A stretch of 46,229 bases of DNA from a virus (lineage: Duplodnaviria; Heunggongvirae; Uroviricota; Caudoviricetes), in IMG/VR virus record IMGVR_UViG_3300027908_000001, positions 151,167 through 197,395 of that record, one strand, 5' to 3'. Of this stretch, positions 45,858 to 46,229 are shown in pieces. The notes beneath the pieces were generated by a model. The model made no database searches. It was not told the origin of the DNA and saw only the letters and a program-made list of their open reading frames with translations. Every line of letters begins with the position of its first letter. Position 1 is the first letter of the stretch. The position numbers and the translations under genes were made by a program.

Positions 45858-45933
45858 TGGCACCCGTGGCCGGGCTTAAACCGGCTATGACACGCTTGAA
45901 GGGCGCGGTGCTCGACTCTTTGCATTCACGGGC
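45858..45933 (-). tRNA. tRNA-Glu(TTC), C33
   Basis: Loop CCTTCAA, CCA. Confidence 0.78.
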
Positions 45934-46193
45934 GTGAAAGTAACTTCGTGAGCACCGCTACGGACACACCGAACATCGCCGTTGGGCTGTTGGTCGCTCG
46001 ACGGATAGGAAGGGTGCTCACGGGAAAGACCGCCCTTACCCGAGCGATGACTCGCTCTGTTTCGACACGTGGTCGCGCCAAGGGCTTGACGCTTCGCATC
46101 CACATCGTTGTGAATGCCGAAATCGCGGCCGCCCGCTTACCGTCCATCTCTGCGACTTACGTCGCCAGCATTTGGTCGGTGCGCTGCGGCAAA

Positions 46194-46229
46194 TGGCGGA
46201 AGGGGTGAGAGTCGAACTCACAGCCCGCT
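46194..46229 (-). tRNA. 3' part of a tRNA (probably Ser), cut by the window edge
   Basis: T arm, CCCTTCC-G-CCA end. Confidence 0.7.

Noticed and set aside
45858-45933. Selenocysteine or opal tRNA (TCA)
   Set aside because: Stem register gives TTC; no long variable arm or extended acceptor stem
1-46229. CRISPR array or rRNA
   Set aside because: No regularly spaced direct repeats or rRNA signatures seen; recurring motifs are promoter palindromes and tRNA arms

Overview
A fragment of a large (jumbo-like) bacteriophage genome, GC-rich, standard genetic code. No virion, rRNA or CRISPR features were seen. The left arm (1-13 kb, + strand) holds mostly hypothetical early-type genes, including an LPD29-like protein, an adenine methyltransferase and an SLT-like protein. 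The rest is mostly on the - strand: a sigma70-family factor, two TnpB elements, a tmRNA with a 31-aa tag, an outer-membrane beta-barrel cassette, acyl carrier protein, five HNH proteins and about 42 tRNAs interleaved with many structured non-coding RNAs. Highlights: (1) a Ro60/TROVE-like vWA gene clustered with Ubl, E1 (ThiF), JAB and a candidate E2-equivalent gene, enclosing an RNA operon of three tRNA-like RNAs that share a Y-RNA-like helix; (2) a 226-nt RNase P RNA lacking the specificity domain; (3) an 11-bp palindrome CnnGAWTCnnG inside 16 sigma70-type promoters; (4) about 1.1 kb of structured RNA plus a set of stem-closed RNAs ending AAUUCA. All calls come from manual reading without database searches; coordinates may be off by a few nt.
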